Shown here in pieces: positions 60,184 to 64,000 of a stretch of 64,000 bases of DNA. Position 1 is the stretch's first letter, and the number at the start of each line of letters is the position of its first letter. The translations under genes and the position numbers were made by a program. The notes under the pieces were generated by a model. It did not search any database, was not told where the DNA came from, and saw only the letters and a program-made list of their open reading frames with translations. This stretch comes from Lepidodermella squamata (Eukaryota; Animalia; Gastrotricha), in NCBI GenBank assembly GCA_047495785.1, contig JBLDXI010000051.1:150370-214369 (forward strand), given 5' to 3'.

Positions 60184-62957
60184 TATGTCATATCAACGCA
60201 AATCGACTTACTAAGGCAAGAATCATAGAACTGAAAACCATAGCAAGAACATTCAACGTAGACATTATTTGCATCAATGAAACTTTCCTGAAACCTCACA
60301 AGACTTTCTATCTGAAAGGTTACAAGGTTTTCCGACACGACCGCCTACATATAGACGGCGGCGGGGTTGCCATACTAATAAGAGAAGGAATAGAATGCGA
60401 AGACCTAGGAGGCTCAACCATAGACAACTGTGAAATTCAGATGGCACAAATTAAACTTGAAGGCGTAGCAGCCATCAAAATAGTTTCAGTATACTGCCCG
60501 CCGACCATCATTCTGTCCGATGCCGCCATGGCACACATCAAACCCGATGTAGACACGATCATGTGCGGTGACTTCAACGCGCATGACTATGCTCTAGGCA
60601 CAACCGGTAGGCCCGACGCTAGCGGGGCAAAACTAGTATTTCACCTACGCAACTCTAAGTTAAAACTACTGTCGCAGGGTGAACACACGTACACAACGCG
60701 TAAAGGCAGAAAGGAATGCCTCGATCTATTCATAGCCGGTGAAAAAGCAGCTAAGCGGGCGGTATCAGTCGAGGTTCTACCAGACATAGGATCTGACCAC
60801 CTGCCAGTAGCACTACATGTAAGAGTAACGGCTAAAGCGCCTAGTAGCTTCCCTGAACTTCGTCTAAACTTGGATGCAATGAAAATAGAACAATTTAAGG
60901 ATGAAATCGACAAAATGTGTGAAAAGTTCGACACTACCGACCTGACTTCGATAGAGAAGATTGATGCAGCAATAGAAAATCTTGAATCAATAATAAACCA
61001 AGCGACGACTACCACTACACCGAAATGTGCAGCCGGTAAACTTAGAGGCTGGCGACTAACAGCAGAGATTAAGACCGCCATAGACGAAAGAAGAGCAGCA
61101 AGAAGGGCTTGGGAGTTTTCACGCTCAAGCAGAATGAGAACAAGGTATAACGCAGCCACAAGAAAGGTCAAGTACCTTATCGCTAAGGAAAGAGCAGGGC
61201 GATTTAAAAGACGTTGTACCGAGTTATCTAAAATGTTGAAAGACAAACCCAGACTATTCTGGAAAGAATTCCACGTTCTATCGAACAACACCTTAGCATC
61301 GAATCAGAGACAATATCCGCCAATCAAAGACAGCACAGGCCTTGACCAGTTCACAAACTCTGGGAAGGCGACAATCTTTGCAGACCACCTCCAAACGGTC
61401 TGGAAAACACCAGATGATCCAAAGTTTTGTAAAGATACAGAAGAGTTAGTAGAAAAAACGTTGAAAAAATACAAACACGAAATTGAACGACCGAAAGTAG
61501 CTAGACGTGACCGGTCTGGAAGATGGACGGTCAAACCTGGTGAAGTGGCTACGCTAGTCAAACGACTGAAGAATACCGCTCCAGGGGGAGATGGTATCAT
61601 GAATGCCGTTCTTAAGCGAGCGCCTGACAGCTACTGGGTTAAAGCTACCGATATTTTTAATGCCTGTATAAAATTCAGCTACGTTCCATCAAAATGGAAA
61701 AAAGCCGTCGTAGTCCTTATCCCTAAAGAGGGCAAGGACTGGAAAAGCCCGAAGGGGTATCGACCGATCAGCCTACTTAACTCGCTCGCAAAAATCCTCG
61801 AGAGATTAGTAGCCCGTAGAGTGTTGGCAGAGATGCGGGAGCGGAAAATTATGCCGCTAAGCCAGTCCGCTTTTCAAAACAAACACTCAGTAGAAGATCA
61901 CCCGTTCCGTATAGCTCAACTTGCCATTACGGGCCTTATCGAAAGTGAGGAAACCTACGTGACATGCTTAGACATCGAAGGCGCATTCGATCGAATCTGG
62001 CAGAAGGCGGTCATATACAAAATGCTGACCTTTGGTTTTCCCGACATTGCCACAGCATGGGTCGCGGACTTCTTGAATAAACGCTCGTTCTGCTGCAGGG
62101 TCGGCAACGACCACAGTACGGTGAGAGAGATCACCGGAGGTGTGCCACAGGGTTCGCCTCTGAGCCCGATCCTCTATGTCCTGTACACCGCTGACTTGCC
62201 CAGAGAAATCCCGAACACTGTCATGAACAGCTTGTTCGCTGACGACGTTGCTCTAGCTGCGAAGCACAAAACGCCAGCAGTGGCAATAGCCCGAATGAAC
62301 GCAGGCCTGAGAAAAGTCTCTGACTACTTTAACCGGTGGAGATTGAAAGCGAATGCGGGTAAAAGTCAAGCCCTGCGAATCTCCAACCGAACGAGGGCGC
62401 CGCCATCAGCAATCCAGCTAGATGGATGCGACCTCGAATGGCACGAATCAGTGAAATACCTCGGGGTTCTGATCGACAAAAAGCTGCTATTCAAAAAGCA
62501 AGTGGAAAGTGCCATCGCGAAAGCCTCCGTCAGAATTACAGCGCTACATGCGGTCTGTAGGAAAAACTTTGGCCTTTCCAAGGAGGCGGCAGTTTTGGTT
62601 TACACCACTTACATCAGACCCGTCTTGATTTTCGGCTGTCAAGCATGGCTTGGAATTGACAAAGGTCTTTGGAAGAAGCTAGAAACACTGCAAAACCAAG
62701 CTTTGAGAATCGCCTTGCGACTAGCGCCTTGGCATAGCACAGCAGACACGCTGGCAAGAGCGAAGGTTGAGCCCATCAGGGTTTACGCTACCAGATTAGC
62801 GACAAATTGGCTAACCAGATCGATCGAGCATAACAACCTCGTTGGCAGAGAATCTGCTCTGCAACTAAAGCGGCCAATCGACCTGAGAGTCTACCGTAAC
62901 GCGAAACGATCGCCGCTCTCGGCGATGAGGCTAGCCTTAGAAGGTCGGCGTCCGTAA
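60165..62957 (+). CDS. Family A ORF2: APE + RT (mirror copy)
   Basis: Identical to 52847-55639; first ATG at 60441. Confidence 0.92.
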   Translation, partial: KYQVFIICHINANRLTKARIIELKTIARTFNVDIICINETFLKPHKTFYLKGYKVFRHDRLHIDGGGVAILIREGIECEDLGGSTIDNCEIQMAQIKLEGVAAIKIVSVYCPPTIILSDAAMAHIKPDVDTIMCGDFNAHDYALGTTGRPDASGAKLVFHLRNSKLKLLSQGEHTYTTRKGRKECLDLFIAGEKAAKRAVSVEVLPDIGSDHLPVALHVRVTAKAPSSFPELRLNLDAMKIEQFKDEIDKMCEKFDTTDLTSIEKIDAAIENLESIINQATTTTTPKCAAGKLRGWRLTAEIKTAIDERRAARRAWEFSRSSRMRTRYNAATRKVKYLIAKERAGRFKRRCTELSKMLKDKPRLFWKEFHVLSNNTLASNQRQYPPIKDSTGLDQFTNSGKATIFADHLQTVWKTPDDPKFCKDTEELVEKTLKKYKHEIERPKVARRDRSGRWTVKPGEVATLVKRLKNTAPGGDGIMNAVLKRAPDSYWVKATDIFNACIKFSYVPSKWKKAVVVLIPKEGKDWKSPKGYRPISLLNSLAKILERLVARRVLAEMRERKIMPLSQSAFQNKHSVEDHPFRIAQLAITGLIESEETYVTCLDIEGAFDRIWQKAVIYKMLTFGFPDIATAWVADFLNKRSFCCRVGNDHSTVREITGGVPQGSPLSPILYVLYTADLPREIPNTVMNSLFADDVALAAKHKTPAVAIARMNAGLRKVSDYFNRWRLKANAGKSQALRISNRTRAPPSAIQLDGCDLEWHESVKYLGVLIDKKLLFKKQVESAIAKASVRITALHAVCRKNFGLSKEAAVLVYTTYIRPVLIFGCQAWLGIDKGLWKKLETLQNQALRIALRLAPWHSTADTLARAKVEPIRVYATRLATNWLTRSIEHNNLVGRESALQLKRPIDLRVYRNAKRSPLSAMRLALEGRRP

Positions 62958-63858
62958 CTACACTAATATTTTTTAGCTAACACTTGCCTGTTCAACCAGC
63001 GACACCTACGCAAGACTCGGGCTTCTCACAGGCTCGGTCCTCTGTTTGGGTGGTTTACTAAGTGCCTATTTCCAATTTTTAACTTTCGGCTCAGATCCGC
63101 TCAAGCCCGAACCCTAAGCGCTCCGTTTCGTGACGTTAGGGCGGGGGCCTTAGGCAAGCCCACTCGGCGTGGATCTGAGCAATGTATAAATCGAACCGAA
63201 TTCATCCACAGCCGTACCTTATGCACTCTGTTTCATGATGATAGGGCGGGGCCTTAAGCAAGTCCACTCGGCGTGGCTCTGGGTTCGGACCTCGAAAATC
63301 GTAGGACCAGTCTAGGCTACAATCCCTGGAGGCCCGGCCCTGAATGATCTGCTGTCAGAGATTTCAGCGACGACCCTAAAAAGTCCGCTAGGCGCCAGGT
63401 TGAGTGTACTGATGACGACTCGGAAGATTACGATCTACATATACATGTTTTCTGAATGATTTATTTTTAGCCTGTCTTTATTTCAACTTCGAAGGCGCTG
63501 GATCCGGAACTATGTGAGCATGACTAAGTTTTTACTTTATTTTTCTACTATCGAACAAGTTGTATTTTGGCTCTTTATTTTTCGGTAAGAAATGTATGAG
63601 GGTGCCCACTTAGACGTTTAAGGCTTGGTATTTTTTCCAACACACTCAACACGCAACGGACGTCGAATAAAACACATATATTTGGTTAAGGACAGTAAAT
63701 TTGGCATGGCGAAAGCCTACAGGATGAATGCCCGTCTGATCCATTTTATGCATCAGGTCGACTGTGATCCTCCGATTGCAGTGACGCTGTAGGGACCGAC
63801 TTGATGGTCCGATCGGCGTGGCTCTTCTGAGCCAAATGCCCCAGTAGGTTAGGGGGGG

Positions 63859-64000
63859 AATTTTCTGAGGTTAGTATCATCACCACTTCGACTGCTGGCT
63901 ATTAGAATGCGCGGCGTAAGCTTGCATTCTGTCAAGTGAAAAAATAAAGTAAACTGGTCGTAACCCTATTTGTGTTGTTATCGTCGCCAATGACCATGTG
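63859..64000 (-). other. rDNA IGS in inverted orientation
   Basis: Reverse complement of 51804-51945. Confidence 0.95.

Larger units (their letters stand above)
58154..63858 (+). mobile_element. Family A copy 3 (mirror image of copy 2, 5'-truncated within ORF1)
   Basis: Reverse complement of 51946-57652 apart from two 1-bp homopolymer deletions near the junction. Confidence 0.9.
51804..64000. repeat. Large inverted repeat: arms 51804-57652 and 58154-64000, about 500-bp spacer
   Basis: Mirror positions sum to 115804 (e.g. 52847/62957, 55621/60183, 51946/63858); extends into IGS and to the window end. Confidence 0.97.

Noticed and set aside
63400-63440. CTGATGA in the A 3' UTR as a hammerhead core
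   Set aside because: No stem II-GAAA partner
57652-63858. Twin-priming 5' inversion of element A
   Set aside because: The mirror duplicates the 3' end and flanking IGS, which twin priming does not produce

Overview
A eukaryotic (metazoan, probably protostome) nuclear rDNA tandem array. It holds five + strand 18S-ITS1-5.8S-ITS2-28S units (clean repeat length about 8459 bp), each with a 5S rRNA gene on the - strand in the spacer (IGS). At least five distinct inserted elements are present. (1) One site in the IGS (GATACTAACCTCAGAAAATT) is occupied in 4 of 6 spacers by three different elements: two ORF1/ORF2 APE-RT LINEs of Jockey-like appearance lying antisense to the rDNA (A about 6.5 kb; B 5713 bp) and a 348-bp fragment C, probably also antisense. 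A and B encode very different proteins but share an identical 226-bp 5' terminal module. (2) A 397-bp non-coding element D with an 11-bp TSD sits in the 28S peptidyl-transferase centre. It carries an R2-type HDV-like ribozyme fold whose P1 stem is completed by upstream 28S sequence. (3) A 5'-truncated CR1/L2-group LINE (E) with a (TAAA)n tail interrupts another 28S. The last 12 kb is a fold-back palindrome that may be an amplification or assembly artefact. Units 1-2 contain scattered indels and two copies of a 16-mer that I recall as PacBio barcode bc1003. Coordinates were counted by hand and rRNA ends are approximate.
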